This document shows positions 13,365-26,888 of a stretch of 64,000 nucleotides of DNA, one piece after another. Source of the DNA: the human T2T-CHM13v2.0 reference genome, Homo sapiens. The stretch spans positions 11,648,001 through 11,712,000 of the forward strand of contig CP068257.2 of assembly GCA_009914755.4 (NCBI GenBank). The letters run 5' to 3'. A program made the translations under genes and the position numbers. Each line of letters opens with the position of its first letter. The first letter of the stretch is position 1. The notes beneath the pieces are model-generated. The model did not search any database. It was not told the DNA's origin and saw only the letters and a list, made by a program, of their open reading frames with translations.

Positions 13365-14439
13365 TAGACAAGAAAATGCATATAAACTGAGTGGAATTGA
13401 TCAAACCTTGTCATCCTGCTTCCTTAAAATGCCTGTGTGCTGTTCTCTACACCCTTTCTTCAACCACCAACTGAACACAGGGTTCTAGAGTTCTCAGGAG
13501 GGCAGATACAAGAGAGCAGGAGGGTGGGTTCCTGAATGACCACATGGAAGGCTTCCCACTAATAAGAAATCTTAGTATTGGACTTCACATAAACACTGAG
13601 AAAATGGCTCTTTGGGAAGCCACTAAAATTTTTTGATTTATCTATTATAGCAGTTAGTTATAGCCTTCCCATTTCAATGTCCTATTTCTCTGAATGTGCT
13701 TTATTTAAAACCACATCACTTATCACCATCTGACATATTCTGTATTTGCCTGTCACTTTTTCTCCTGTATCTTCTGTCCAGAGAAAGTGTTGGCCAACTA
13801 TAACCCAAGAGCCAAATCTAGCTTGCTTCCTGTTTTCATATGTAATTATTTTTTGGAATATAGCCACAGCTATTAATTTCTGTATTCAGAGAGGAGGAGC
13901 TGTGTCTATGCTACAACAGGAGAGTTCAGTAGTTGCAACAGAGAAACTGTATGATCTACAAACAATATTTACTATCTGGCCCTTTACAGAAACAGTTTGC
14001 CAATGTTTGTACTAGAATGTAAACTCCAAGAATGTAAAACCTTTGTCTCTTTAGTTTGCTGTTATATACCCAGCATTAGAACAGTCTCTGGTCCATTGCA
14101 GGTATTCATATAATATTTGTTAAATGCATAAATGAATAAGTGAATGAGTGTGCAGTAGGCCAAAAATGTTCCAGAAAAAAAATTCATATCTAAATTTCTT
14201 GAACCTCTGAATATTACCTTACATGAAAAATCAGACAAACAAAAATCAATCATTGCATGTGATTAAGTTAAAGATCTTGACCTAAAAGATTATCCAGTAT
14301 TAGCCAGATGGACTCGAAATACAATCACATGTATCTGTATAAGAGGGAAGCAGAAAGAAATTTGACCACACAGACAGAAAAGGAGAGGGGATGTGATCAC
14401 ACAGGCAGAGGTTAGACTGATGTACCACAAGCCAATGAA

Positions 14440-14645
14440 TGTTGGTGGCCACTAGAAATATTATCTAAAGGATTAGGAATTATCTGTTTAGAACTTTCCT
14501 GATGGCCACACCCTCTAAACCCCCTGATACTGATTTCAGATTTATGACATCCACAACTGTAAAAGAATAAATTTCTCCTGTTTAAGCCACCAAGTTTCCA
14601 GTAATTTGTTACAGAGGCAGCAGGAAACCAATACAGAGGGGAAAG
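14440..14645 (+). mobile_element. MaLR/MLT1-type LTR 3'-end fragment (tentative)
   Basis: ...cacaactgtaaaagaataaatttctcctgtttaagccaccaagtttccagtaatttgttacagaggcagc resembles MLT1-family LTR ends. Confidence 0.4.
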
Positions 14646-16899
14646 TGACTTAAAACTACTTCTAATTCCAAGATAATGCTCAAAATGCTCATGCAAAAAC
14701 TACTTCTTGTGTCAACATTCAGTCTATATAAGTGCTCTTGAAATTAATTATCACTATAATTCAGTCTCATGAGGAAAAATATTTTGGCTTTTTTTGTGAA
14801 CCAAAAATTTATAGCAATTCATAAGTTATAGTTTATGGATGAAATTAAACATATTTGAGATTATTTTTATATTAGCACTTTATAAATCAGTTGCTGAAAT
14901 AGTCTGTTTTGAAATATTAGATATAACTGCCAGGAATAATTCTGATATTTTCTTTAACATATTTTAGTCATTTCTTGAATTGCATTGTTTTATGATCATA
15001 AATTCTCAAACTAATAAAATTAATTGCTGTTGAAAAATAAGAATTGTGAATGTCTTCTGGGTGAAGGCTGAGCATGTAAAAAGTTTTTTTTTTTCCTTAA
15101 TAAAATGAGACTCAGGGGAGGAAGTTCCCTTCTTCTCCTTCAGAGAATGTGGTCATGATCATTTCTCCCTGCAAAGATCTGGAAAGGCTGCAGCCGTTTT
15201 GGAAATATGGACTTACACTTGGCTGATAGGCTGAGTCTGGGAGAGTGCAAAGATGAAAAAACACCTAGCACATGGATCGTGTCACTGAGCTACTGAATCA
15301 ATCATGGAACCACGCTCCATCTGTACTTTGTGTTCTCTCATAGAATAAATATTCACTTTGGGTTGTGTATCCGTTACTTGAAGCTAAAAATCTCCCCATG
15401 TAGGCAATGATCACTACAATGGGTTACTTACGTTTCTGAGTAATGTATTCATTTAATGAAAAAAAGATAGAGCAAAGTCCTCAATCATATTTATCAATTA
15501 ACAAGGGTCTGACTAAATCTACTTGAGGTTCCAGGGAAATAACATGGGAACCAAGATATTTAATTGTCCATCTGCCATTTGAGGATTTTTTTCCCCCACA
15601 TAAGGAATCAATTTGTGTAGCCATGATGGTGACTTCAGCTGATGCCACTATTGAGCACTGGCTGTACTGTTTAAATGATATACTAAAATGGACAAATGGG
15701 CAGAAGCTTCTTCACACAGAGCAAATCTATCTCTGGTTTGCATGGTAACTTTCATGCCTGTAGTAGAATAAACTTCAATATATCCTTTTTATAAAATTGC
15801 TCTGAAAATGGAAGACATCTTAAAATGTTGGCATGCACTCAATAAGGTGGTATTCTCTCCAAATTTAATATAAAATTAATGTTTTAAAATTGACAACATC
15901 TTTTAATCTACAAAATACATGTGCCCCACTCCAGACCTACTGCCACATTGACCCTATACCTACTAATCTAACAAATAGTGAGCTTGTTTGGATTTTGCCA
16001 AAAGCAAATATTTAAACATGAGAACAGTTAATATTCCCAATTGCTGCTTCATATAAAACTAAGCTAGCATTAATTTTATCTCCCTGTCTTGTTCCTTGTG
16101 CACTGTTCTGGCTCTGTAGGAATACTAGACTTTGCATGAGAAAACTAAGGATTCAACTGAAGATCATTTATTAAGTTGGTGATTTATTTAAGTACATTTA
16201 TTGTCATTGTTTTGCAACACATAATACAATTTCCAAAATAACTAGGAATTGTTTTCTTCTATTTTATATTGTTTTTTGAATTTCCTCTATGAAGGAATCA
16301 TTTAACCTTCCAGTTTATGCACTATATTTTTTACCTCATTTTGCAACAGAAATGTTTTGAAAGTTGTAGTCTGAAACCCAGAATTCAGTCTTAGCTCCAC
16401 AACTTAGTAGTTACTTAGCTCTTCCAATCTGTGCATTTGCATATGTTTGGGGATAACCGTAATTAAGATACCTTACCTTAAGTGGTAAGATTTGGGGATT
16501 AAATGACAAAATCAGAAAAGTCTTTGTTTGTGTTTACGTTCTGTATACAGATGTTCCTAGGTTTTGTTACAATTGTAATAAAAATAACAAAATCAATGTG
16601 GTGATAATAATGTCTTATGTATAGCAAGAAACTGAGTAATTAAATTTTGTCTTCTAATATCCAAACAATGACCAAATTGGGTGTGCCCCAAATTTTTTAT
16701 TGAGACTGAATAGACAATGTAATAATATTAAGAGATGGGGTATTTAGAAGGTGATGAAGGGATTCGGGCCCTTATAAATGGGTTTGAGGGTGTGGGTTTG
16801 TTCCCTTCTGTACCTTCTACATGTGAGGACATGGTGTTCCTTCCCTTCTGAGGAAGCAGCAACAAGGCTACATTCAGTTCTTTTACAATGGTTTCTTCT

Positions 16900-17760
16900 T
16901 TTATCTCTTACATAGTTTCATTCTAAGACAGAATAAGGAATGACATATTCTGTGAGTTTTTGCATGATTAAGTATGCCAGTACTGCCATTTTGTACTTGG
17001 ATAACAACTTGCCTGGTTATAATATTCTTGAGACACACTTGTTCCCTTAGAATTTTGTAAATATTGTTCTATTATCTTCTGGCACTTTATTTTTCCATGG
17101 AGGCATTTGTGCCCAGCCAGATTTATCCCCTTTGTAAGCTCTTGGATACCTGATGAATTCTTTCTTTATCCTTGAAATTCAATCACTTTACCAGAGTGTC
17201 ATAAAATTGGTTCTTCTAATGAATTTCTTGAGAACAGTGTACCTCTTTAAGTCTATGAGTATTATTTTACATTTTAGAAATATTTTCTTCTATTACATAA
17301 TTATTCTTTTTAATTTCACTTGTTGGGCTTTTTTGCTGGTGAATCATTTACCTTTATTTTGGATCCACATTTCCTGTATACCATTAACGTTAACTTCTTT
17401 CTGATTACTTTTTTTTACCCCTTTATTTCACTGAGACTACTTCATGGCTTTTTCTGTTACTAATTTTGTCATCCACACTGTCTAATCTGTTTTCTATGGT
17501 TTCCATTTAATTATCTCTGTAATGTTGTCATTTTGGTTCTCTGCTCAATTAACTTTACAATTGTCTGTTGAGTTTATTCACATTGCTTATATATTTGATG
17601 TCTTTTTAAATTAAAGATTACATTCTCTTTCATTTTTCTTTTGTGAAAATGTTCTTCTGTTTTTTTCTCAGTTTTGTAAGAATAACTTAGGCTCTTTTTG
17701 TGCTTTACATCTGTCTTCATTTTTAATGTAGTATTTTGCATGCTTGCATGACTTGCATGC
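16900..17760 (-). mobile_element. Ancient L1 fragment, antisense (tentative)
   Basis: T-rich antisense-L1-like text (ttctggcactttatttttccatggaggcatttgtgcccag...). It accounts for ORF 17153-17404. Confidence 0.35.
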
Positions 17761-17997
17761 TAGCATGACAACCAAAGAAAAATTACCAATATTAGAAATG
17801 AAAGTTGGAACATCACTAACTAGTCTATAGACATTAAAAGCACATTAAAGGGATAATATTAATAACTCTATGATAAAAAATATTATAACTTAGATAAAAT
17901 AAAACAATTTCTCAAAATACACAAGCTTCTGAAATGCAAACAAGAGTCATTAGATCATCTAAATAGGTCTATATCTATTAAGTACATTGAATCAATT

Positions 17998-18065
17998 TAT
18001 TAGTCACAATACACTAGAGAAACAGAATCAAAACAAAAATCAAAAGAATAATCCACCTATCTATC
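17998..18065 (-). mobile_element. First ~68 bp of an MLT2-type LTR, belonging to the outer ERVL#2 and separated from the rest by the THE1 insertion
   Basis: ttattagtcacaatacactagagaaacagaatcaaaacaa... aligns to the MLT2 terminus tgtattagtcagggttctccagagaaacagaaccaatagg. It ends exactly at the THE1 insertion point (ctatc|tgatgg). Confidence 0.6.
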
Positions 18066-18425
18066 TGATGGTTTGGCTCTGTGTCCCTACCCAAATCTCA
18101 CCTTGAATTGTAATAATCTCCCTATGTCAAGGGTGGGACCAGGTAGAGGTATTTGGATCATGGGGGCTATTTCCCCCATGCTGTTCTCATGAAAATCAGT
18201 GAGTCTCACAAGGTCTATAAAGGTTTATAAACACCTGGTATTTCCCTTGCTTGAACTCATTTTTCTCTCCCACCACCCTGCAAAGAGGTGTCTTCCTCCA
18301 TGATTGTAAGTTTCCTGAGACCTCCAAGCCATGCAGAACTGTGAGTCAATTAAACCTCTTTTCTTTATAAGTCATCCAGCCTCAGGTATTTCTTCACAGG
18401 AGCATGAGAACAAACTAATGTAGTA
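18066..18425 (+). mobile_element. THE1/MST-family (MaLR) 5' LTR
   Basis: tgatggtttggctctgtgtccctacccaaatctcaccttgaattgta...ccatgcagaactgtgagtcaattaaacctcttttctttataagtcatccagcctcaggtatttcttcacagcagcatgagaacaaactaat matches the THE1/MST LTR consensus termini. Confidence 0.9.
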
Positions 18426-19755
18426 AGTTGGTATCAGGAGTGGGGTGCTTCTGTAAAGATAAGCAAAAAAGTGGAAGCAACTTTGGAACTAGGTAACAGG
18501 CAGAGGTTGGAACAGTTTAGAGGGCTCAGAAAAACACAGGAAACTATGGTAAAGTTTGAGACTTCTTAGGGACTTGAAGGGTTCATAAGACAGAAAGATG
18601 TGGGAAAGTTTCAAACTTCCTATAGACTTGGTGAATGGCTTTTATCAAAATGCTGTTAGTGATTTGGACAATGAAGTCCAGGCTGAGGTGGTCTCAGATG
18701 GAGATGAGGAACTTCTTGGGAACTGTAGTAAAGGTCACTCTTGCTATGCTTAACAAAGAGATTGGTGGAATTTTGCCCCTGCCCTAGAGATCTGTGGAGC
18801 TTTGAATTTGAGAAAGATGATTTAGGGTATCTGGCAGAAGAAATTTCCTAGGGGCTAAACATTCAAGAAGAAGCAGAGAACAAAAGCTTGGAAAGTTTGC
18901 AGCCTGGTAATGTGATAGGAAAAAAAATATATATATATATATTTTCTGGGGATAAATTCAAGCCTGTTGCAGAAATTTACATAAGTAACAAGGAGCTGAA
19001 TGTTAATCACCAATACAATGTGGAAAATGTCTCCAGGTCATGTCAGAGACCTTCATGGTAGCCCCCACCATCACAGGCTTGGAGGCCTAAGAGAGAAAAA
19101 GAATTGTTTTATGGGCCATCAGGGCCCTCTTGCTGTGTGCAGCCTAGGGTCTTGGTACCCTGTATCCCAGCTGCTTCAGCCACGGCTAAAAGGAGCCAAG
19201 GTACAGCTCAGGCCATGATTTCAAAGCATGCAAGCCCCAAGTCTTTGTCAGCTTCTATGTGTGTTGACCCTGTGGATGCCCAGAAGTCAAGAACTGAGGT
19301 TTGGGAACCTTTGCCTAGATTTCAGAGGATGTATGGAAACACCTGGATGTCCAGGCAGAAGTTTGCTGCAGGGATGGGGCCCTCATGGAGAACCTCTGCT
19401 AGGGCAGTATGGAAGGGAATTGTGGGGTCAGAGTTCTCACACAGAGTCCTCACCAGGGCACTGCCTAATGGAGATGTGAGAAGAGGGCCACCATCTTCCA
19501 GACCCCAGAATGGTAGATATACCTTCAGCTTTCACTGTATGCCTGGAAAAGAGACAGACACTTAATGCCAGCCTGTGATAGAGACAGGGAAGGGGGATGT
19601 ACCCTGCAAAGGCAGTGGGGCAAAGCTGCCCAAGGTCATGGGCACCCACCTCTGGCATTAGCATGACCTGGATGTGAGACATGGAGTCAAAGGAGATAAT
19701 TTTGGAAATTTAAGGTTTAATGTCTGCCCTATTAGATTTCAGACTTGCATAGAGC
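18426..19755 (+). mobile_element. THE1/MST internal region, 5' part, beginning with PBS-like ttggtatcaggagtgg
   Basis: gttggtatcaggagtggggtgcttctgtaaag...ggaactaggtaacaggcagaggttggaacagtttagagg is typical MaLR-int. It is interrupted at 19760 by the ERVL insertion. Confidence 0.8.
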
Positions 19756-19760
19756 CTGTA
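19756..19760. repeat. 5-bp target-site duplication CTGTA of ERVL#1 (partner at 26266-26270)
   Basis: gagcCTGTA|tgtattagtc at one end and ccgttaca|CTGTAgcttc at the other, read directly. Confidence 0.85.
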
Positions 19761-19799
19761 TGTATTAGTCAGGGTTCTCCAGAGGAATAGAACTAATAG

Positions 19800-19869
<70 letters not shown>

Positions 19870-20184
19870 TAAGCCAGTCCAAGTCTCAAAGCTAAAGAAC
19901 TTGGAGTCTGATGTTCAAAGGAAGGAAGCATCCAGAACAGGAGAAAGATGTAGGTTGGAGGCTAAGCCCATCTAGACTTTTCATGTTTTTCTGCCTGTTT
20001 CATATCCTGACCACACGGGCAGCTGACTAGATGGTGCCCACCCAGATTAAGGGTGGGTCTGCCTTTCCCAGCCCACTGACTCAAATGTTAATCTCCTTTG
20101 GCAACACCCTCACAAACATACCCAGGATCAATACTTTGCATCCTTCAATCCAATCAAGTTGACACTCAGTATTAACCATCACAA
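19761..20184 (-). mobile_element. MLT2-type LTR, the 3' LTR of ERVL#1 in element sense, containing an expanded (TA)32 at 19803-19866
   Basis: tgtattagtcagggttctccagaggaatagaactaatagg(at)n...cccagattaagggtgggtctgcctttcccagcccactgactcaaatgttaatctcctttggcaacaccctcaca...caagttgacactcagtattaaccatcaca. The MLT2 consensus carries an intrinsic TA repeat here. Confidence 0.88.
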
Positions 20185-23100
20185 GTCCACCTTTGTCAAC
20201 TTGAACCCATCCACATCACCTGAGATCAAACATAATCTTCAAATAAAGACAATAATAAGATCATAATTACACCTAACATAATACAACTATCATTGGTACA
20301 ACCAGAACTACATCAATTCCCAACCCAAATGCTATTACATAAAGTTAACAATACTTAAATGCTAGCATGAAGTCAATAAATCCTATGTAACCTGATAAAG
20401 GAAAAAAGGAATAAAATGGAGATATTTTCTTAGTACAAGTGCACACATGCACAAATAGTTTTTAACAAAAGGAGGAAATACTTATAACAATTACAGTCCT
20501 TGTTTCTGCAACTGGTCACGTGGTCATAGCCGGTATTGATGACTACCTTCTACTACCCATTCTGTATTCCCTTTGCCTTCAGCAAGCACCTCAGCAGGTT
20601 GTGGGTTTTTTCCTGGTGGAGTGACATAAAACTCCATTCCTGAAGGGTCTGGGCCATTTGTAGTCCTGCCTGGGTTGGGCTTTTACAGTTTCTCATTGAC
20701 CTTAATCACAGAGCATGGTAATACTAAGAGATGCCCTAATGGATCTCCTGTATTCCATGCATACTCTTCTTTACCTCTGTTGTAAAGTAGTAGGTAGATT
20801 TCATCTTGATAGTCCAGTTCAGTCACCCCAGCCAACACTGTAACTCCCTTCTTACCCTCTTGGCTGAAAGGTAGGAGGAGCCCAAAGTGTCCAAGTGGCA
20901 TTCTTAACTTACAATTTAATGAAATCATTGTTGTGTCTCCTGGTAGCAGCATTCGTCCCTCTGAAATTAAGAGATCTAGGCCAGCAGAATGTAATGTCAT
21001 GGTAACAGGAAGCAAAAAATTTGCTAGTGGACCACTAGGGGTGATGGCAAGTGATGCCACTTCCACATCCACCCCTTGATTCCTGGACCCATGAATTCTG
21101 GCTATGAGAGAAATAGTACCATATGTTGGATGCTGATTCAGAGCATACACAGCCTTCTGGAGAACTTTGCCTCAGCCCTGCAAAGTATGGTCATCTAGTT
21201 GGCATTGTAATTGTGACTTCAAAAGGCCGTTCCACCATTCTGTCAATCCAGCTGCTTCAGGATAATGGGCAACATGGTAAGACCAGTGAATTTCATGAGC
21301 ATTTGCCCACTGTCGCAAGTGAGTGCCTTGGTCAGAGGCAATGCTGTGTGGAATACCACAACGGTGGATAAGGCATTCTGTGAGTCCATGGATGGTAGTT
21401 TTGGCAGAAGCACTGGGTGCGGGATAAGCAAACCTATATCTGGAATAAGTGTCTATTCCAGTGAGGACAAACCTCTGCTCTTTCCATGAGGGAAGAGATC
21501 CAATATAATCAACCTGCCACCAGGTAGCTTGTTGATCACCCCGAGAAATATTGCCATATTGAGGGCTCAGTGTTGATCTCTGCTGCTGGTAAACTGGGCA
21601 CTCAGCAGTGGCCATAGCCAGGTCAGCTTGGGGCAGTGGAAGTCCGTGTTGCTGAGCTCATGCATAACCTCCTTTGCTGCCACCATGGCCACTTTGTTCA
21701 TGGGCCCATGGGGCAATGACAGGTGTGGCTGTGGAAAGAGACTGAGTAGTGTCCACAGAAAAGGTCATCCTATCCAATTGATCATTAAAATTCTCTTCTG
21801 CTGAGATCACACGTTGGTGAGCACTCACTTTGGATACAAATATCTTCACAGTTTTTGGCCACTCTGAGAGGTATATACACATACCTCTTCCCCAAATTCC
21901 CTTGTCATCAATTTTCCAATTATGCTTCTTCCAAGTGCCTGACCATCCAGCCAAACCATTAGCTACAGCCTATGAATCAGTATACAATGGCACTACTGGC
22001 TATTTCTCTTTCCATGCAAAGTGCACAACCAGGTATACTCTTCAAAGTTCTGCCCACTGGGAAGATTTGCCTTCACCACTGTCCTTCAGGGATAGGGGCT
22101 ATAGAGCTGCAGCTGTCCACTTTCAGGTGGTGCCTGCATATCGTGCATAACCATCTGTGAACCAAGCCCTAGTCTTCTCTTCCTCTGTCAACTGATCATA
22201 GGGAACTCCCCATGAGGCCATCAGTGCAGGCTAAGGGAAAGAAGGCAAGGTGGCAGGAGTGGAGACCATGGGCATTTGAGCTACTTTCTCAGGTAATTTA
22301 CTTGTGTCTTCAGGACCTGCTTAAGCCAGATCACATATACACCACTTTAATTTGATGACTGGATGCTGAATGCTGCTGTGCATGGTCCCCTTGATGGGAT
22401 GATGGCTCAGAAAGCACCCAGTTCATAATAAGCAATTCAGGTCACATGGTTGACTTGATGAGCCATAGTCAAAAGTTCAGTTTCCACCAAAGCCCAGTAA
22501 CAGGCCAAGAGCTGTCTCTCAAAAGGAGAGTAGTTATCTGCAGAAGATGGCAGGGCCTTGCTAGAAAATCCTAGAGGCCCCTGCTGTGATTGACCTATGG
22601 GGGCCTGCCAAAGGCTCCAAACAGCATTCCTATCTGCCACTGGCACCTCAAGCACCTTTGTATCTGCTGGGCCATATGGCCCAAGTGGCAGAGCAGCTTG
22701 CATAGCAGCCTGGACCTGTTGCAGAGCCTTCTTGTGTTCTGGTTCCCACTCAAAACTGGAAACCTTTTGGGTCAGTCAGTAAATGGGCAAGAATAACACA
22801 ACCAAATGAGGAATGTGTTGCCTCCAAAATCCAAATAGGCACAAAACCACTAAGCGTTGTGCCTTTTTCTTGCTTGTAGAAAGGGCCAAGTGCAGCAACT
22901 TATCCTTTACCATAGAAGGAATGTCTCAATATGTCCAACACCACTAGACAACTAGACCCCTAGAAATTTTACTGAGGTAGAAGGTCCCTGAATTTTAGTC
23001 AGATTTATTTCCCATCCTCTGGTATGCAAATGTCTTACCAATAAGTCCAGGATGTTTGCTACTTCTTGCTCACTGGGTCCAATCAGCATAATGTCATTAA

Positions 23101-25816
23101 TGTAACAAACCAGTGTGATATGTTTGTGGAAGTGAAAAGTGATCAAAGTCTCTTTGAATAAGATTATGATCCAAAGTCAGAGAGTTCATATACCCCTGAG
23201 GTAGAACAGTAAAGGTATATTTCCTGTAAAGGTATATTTACATTGCCAGCTGAAGGCAAATTGCTTCCAATGGACAAGAATGGAGAAAAAGGCATTTGCC
23301 AAGTTAATGGCTGCATGCAAGATACCAGCAGACGTGTTAATTTGCTCAAGTAATAAAACCACATCTGGTAGAGCTGCTGCAATTGGAGTCACCATTTGGT
23401 TAAGCTTACAATAATCCACTGTCATTCTCCTAGATCCATCTGTCTTCCCCACAGGCCAAATAGGACAGTTGAACAGGGATGTAGTGGGAATCACCACTCC
23501 TGCATCTTTCAAGTCCTTAAGGGTGTCACTAATCTCTGTAATCTTTCCACGGATGCAATATTGTTTTTGATTTATGATTTTTCTAGGTAGAGGCAGGTCT
23601 AATGGCTTCCATTTGGCCCTTCTCACCATAATAGCCCTCACCCTGCCAGTCAGAAAGCCAATGCGGGGGTTCTGCCAGCTGTGAAGTATGTCTATGCCAA
23701 TTATGCATTCTGGCACTGAAGAAATGACCACAGGATGACTCTGGGAAACTCCTGGAGTTGTGTAAGTAGGGCCTGAGCTAAAACTGTATCAATTACTGCC
23801 TCCATAAGTCCCTACTTTAACTGGAGGACCACAGTGACATTTTGGGCCCCGTGGAATCAACGTCAGCTTAGAGTCAATGTCTAGTAGTCCCTGAAACGTC
23901 TAATCATTTCCCTTTCATCAATGCACAGTTAACCTGGTAACAGGTCAGAAGTCTCCTTGGGGAAGAATGGGAGAAAGAATAACAGCATAAATTGTCAGTA
24001 GTATAGTGGGGTTCTTGATCAAAGGGACCTGGCCTCCCCTTTATTCAAGGGGTTCTGGTTCTGGCTTCAATCTGGAAATTCATTGAGGGGCCATGGTTCT
24101 CTGTTTTTATCATTCAAGTTAGTCTTTTGTCCATTTGACCTGGGCGTTTTCTGCCTATATAAATTAAGCAGGAATTCAGCTGGCTTCCTATCAATTTCAT
24201 TTCTAGGAACATCATGATTAGCCAATACCAGAGTTCTACACGAGTTTGCACTATTTAATTGCTGCGTTGCCTCTGCTGTCCATTATAATAGCTATGCCCA
24301 CCTTGCCTGCGATGGTTTAGTGCTGCCACTTGGCCCCTGCCACCTCAGGATCCAATTATTCCCATTGTATTTCAATTTTGTAGTTGGGTGACTGCAGCTC
24401 CCACTGTTAGATCTGTTATACAGAGAAGAGCAATTACAGCACTCTTCAAAGATGCAGGTGCTGCCTCACAAGTCTATTTCACAAAACATTGGTCAAGGGT
24501 ATATCTTCTGGACCCACCCAGCTCGGATAAGTAGGTGTAAAGTGACTAATCTCCTCCATCATCCCAATCTTTCTAAGCCTTTTGATTCTTTCCTCTACAT
24601 TAACCCAAGGGAGGAAATTAGGCATTTCCAGCTCGCTCACAGTAGGCTATCTTTTAATCCATATTTCAGCCAACCAAGCAAATAAACTATCAGAACCTTT
24701 TTTTAACTCCCCAAGCTGTAACATTAAATGCAGAGTCCCTACCTAGTGGGCTTAAATCGATACATTCAGCCTGATCCAACTGTATGTTCCTTCCACTATT
24801 ATCCCATACCCTTAATATCCATTCCCATTCCTGTTCACCATATTTTTGCTTATATAAATAGAAAGCTCAAGCAGTTCTTTTGAGTGTAGTGCACCTCCTC
24901 ATAGGTCACACTCTCAATCTCCCCTTAGGGGTCCACTGGGACTTTAGTCTAGTTATAGGCCTAGAAGCAAACAGGGGTGTTGGGGGTGGCTCCTGAGGAG
25001 AATCAACATTATCTTGCCTGACGACTGCCTCAGGGGAGGTCATCACTGTTGCCTCAGGCAGCGCAGGGTTTATCTCCTCAGACAAAGGTGGAAAGGCTGA
25101 TGGCAGCATGGACTGGGGAGGGGATGTTGCCACTATTGGACATGGAGAAGCTGTTTCTTCTGGCAAAAAGGGTTCATCAGAGTTGACAAGCTCAGTGTGC
25201 CCACCTTCATCAGAGTCCTCCCACACATTCCCCTTCCAAGTTGCAGGGTCTTATTCTTTTCCAATTAATGCCCTCACTTTAACAGTAGACACCTGGTGAG
25301 GCTGCGCATGCACTTTCATCACAGTTCTGCCACTCGCATGATAAGAGCTTGTATCTGTTTTTCCACAATTTCAGCTCTGTCTCTACAGGAGATAAGACTC
25401 CCACTCAGGGTAATCTTAGCAGATTTGATACTTAGTATCTGCTTCTGAACCTGGGAGTTAGAATCCCTGAGTTCATCATTTTCTTTCATCCTTTTGTCAA
25501 GTGAACTTAGGAGCACCCAACCGACTTCATTTTGTTCCTTCATTCTCCATATATAGTCAAAGGTATTACGTATAGAGTCACTAAACTCCTTGACTGTCAT
25601 GAGCAGTGAATCAGGAGTGTCAAATGGGTTTATTTTTCATAACTATCTAAACAGTTCATGCCAAGGACTATCAGTGTTCTCCATACTATTAGAGTAGAGT
25701 CCTTAGCATTTTGGGGTCTAATCATATTAAACAGCCATTCTAGAAATGCTAAAAACAACAGAAGAACTCCATTATTAATATTCTGTTCCTCTAGAACCAC
25801 TCCTGATACCAAACTC
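20185..25816 (-). mobile_element. ERVL (HERV-L-like) internal region, antisense: gag, pro, pol with dUTPase after integrase; PBS-like ccactcctgatacca at 25797-25815
   Basis: Minus-strand ORF fragments, read from high to low coordinates: gag-like (25319-25600, 24906-25226), PR/RT, RT, RNase H, IN zinc finger, IN core, dUTPase. A dUTPase downstream of IN is the established HERV-L arrangement. Confidence 0.9.
20683..23731 (-). pseudogene. Degenerate ERVL pol in several frames: PR/RT (23731-23186), RT (23146-22952), RNase H (22703-22437), IN zinc finger (21954-21658), IN core (21615-21172), dUTPase (21150-20683)
   Basis: Motifs read in the ORF track: DAGVVIPTTSLFNCPIWPVGKTDGSRRMTVDYCKLNQ (RT N-terminus); YINDIMLIG (YxDD box); IN core W..DYIGSLP...DQGTHL; IN N-terminus H..H...(HHCC-like); dUTPase motifs AGLDLL, RMPLGHFGLLLP, GVTELDYQDEIYLLLYNRGKE. 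Frameshifts and stops separate the pieces. Confidence 0.88.
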
Positions 25817-26265
25817 TGTGTTAGTCAAGGTTCTCTAGAGAGACAGAACTAATAGGATCTATATATAGAAAGGGAGGGAGTTTATTATGTTGCAGTAACT
25901 CACATGATCACAAGGTCCCACAATAGGCCATCTACAAGCTGAGGAGAAAGGAAGCCAGTCCAAGTCCCAAAGCTGAAGAACTTGGAGTTCGATGTTCCAG
26001 GGCAGGAAGCATCCAGCACAGGGGAAAGATGTACGCTAGGAGGCTAAGCCAGTCTAGGCTTTTTACGTTTTTCTGCCTGCTTCATATCCTGGCCACACTG
26101 GCAGTTGATCAGACTGTGTCCACCCAGATTAAGGGTGGGCTTGCCTTTCCCAGCCCACTGACTCAAATGTTAATCTCCTTTGGCAAGACCCTTACAGACC
26201 CACCCAAGATCAATACTTTGCATCCTTCAATCCAATCAAGTTGACACTTAATATTAACCGTTACA
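25817..26265 (-). mobile_element. MLT2-type LTR, the 5' LTR of ERVL#1 in element sense
   Basis: tgtgttagtcaaggttctctagagagacagaactaatagg...cccagattaagggtgggcttgcctttcccagcccactgactcaaatgttaatctcctttggcaag...caagttgacacttaatattaaccgttaca. It is about 12% diverged from the other LTR by eye. It lacks the TA expansion and retains about 85 bp that the other LTR has lost. Confidence 0.88.
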
Positions 26266-26270
26266 CTGTA

Positions 26271-26533
26271 GCTTCTTTGTTTTGGCCAGTATCTTCCACT
26301 TAGAATGTGTATATTTACCCAATGACTATACTCCATTGTATCTGGGAGGTAACTAACTTGCTTTTGATTTTACAGGTTCATAGGCAGAAGGGACTGCCTT
26401 TTCTCAGATGAGACTTTGTACTTGGACTTTTGAGTTAATGCTGGAATGAGTTAAAACTTTGTGGGACTGTTGGAAGGGAATAATTGTGTTTTGAAATGTG
26501 AGGACATTAGAATTGAGAGGGCCATGGGTGAAA
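26271..26533 (+). mobile_element. THE1/MST internal region, 3' remainder after the ERVL#1 insertion
   Basis: It sits between the ERVL TSD and the THE1 3' LTR: ...ggacttttgagttaatgctggaatgagttaaaactttgtgggactgttggaagggaataattgtgttttgaaatgtgaggacat... Confidence 0.7.
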
Positions 26534-26888
26534 TTATATGGTTTGGCTCTGTGTCTCTAACCAAATCTCTCTCACCTTGAATTGTAATAATCCCATGTGT
26601 CAAGGGCAGAACCAAGTAGAGGTAATTGTAGCATGGAGGCAGTTCCCTCATGTTGTTCTCATGATAATGAGTGAGTCTCATGGGATCTGATGGTCTTATA
26701 ATAATTTGACATTTCCCCTGCTTGCACTCATTCTGTTTCCCGCAACCCTGTGAAGAGGTGCCTTTTGCCATGTTTGTAAATTTCCTGAGGACTTTCCAGC
26801 CATGTGGAACTGTGAGTCAATTAAACCTCTTTTCTTTATAAATTACCTAGCCTCAGGTATTTCTCTACAGCAGCCTAAGAACAAACTA

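Noticed and set aside
19803-19866. (TA)32 as an independent finding
   Set aside because: The MLT2 LTR consensus itself carries a TA dinucleotide run at this position. The expansion is expected for this LTR family and is only noted within the nested-element finding.
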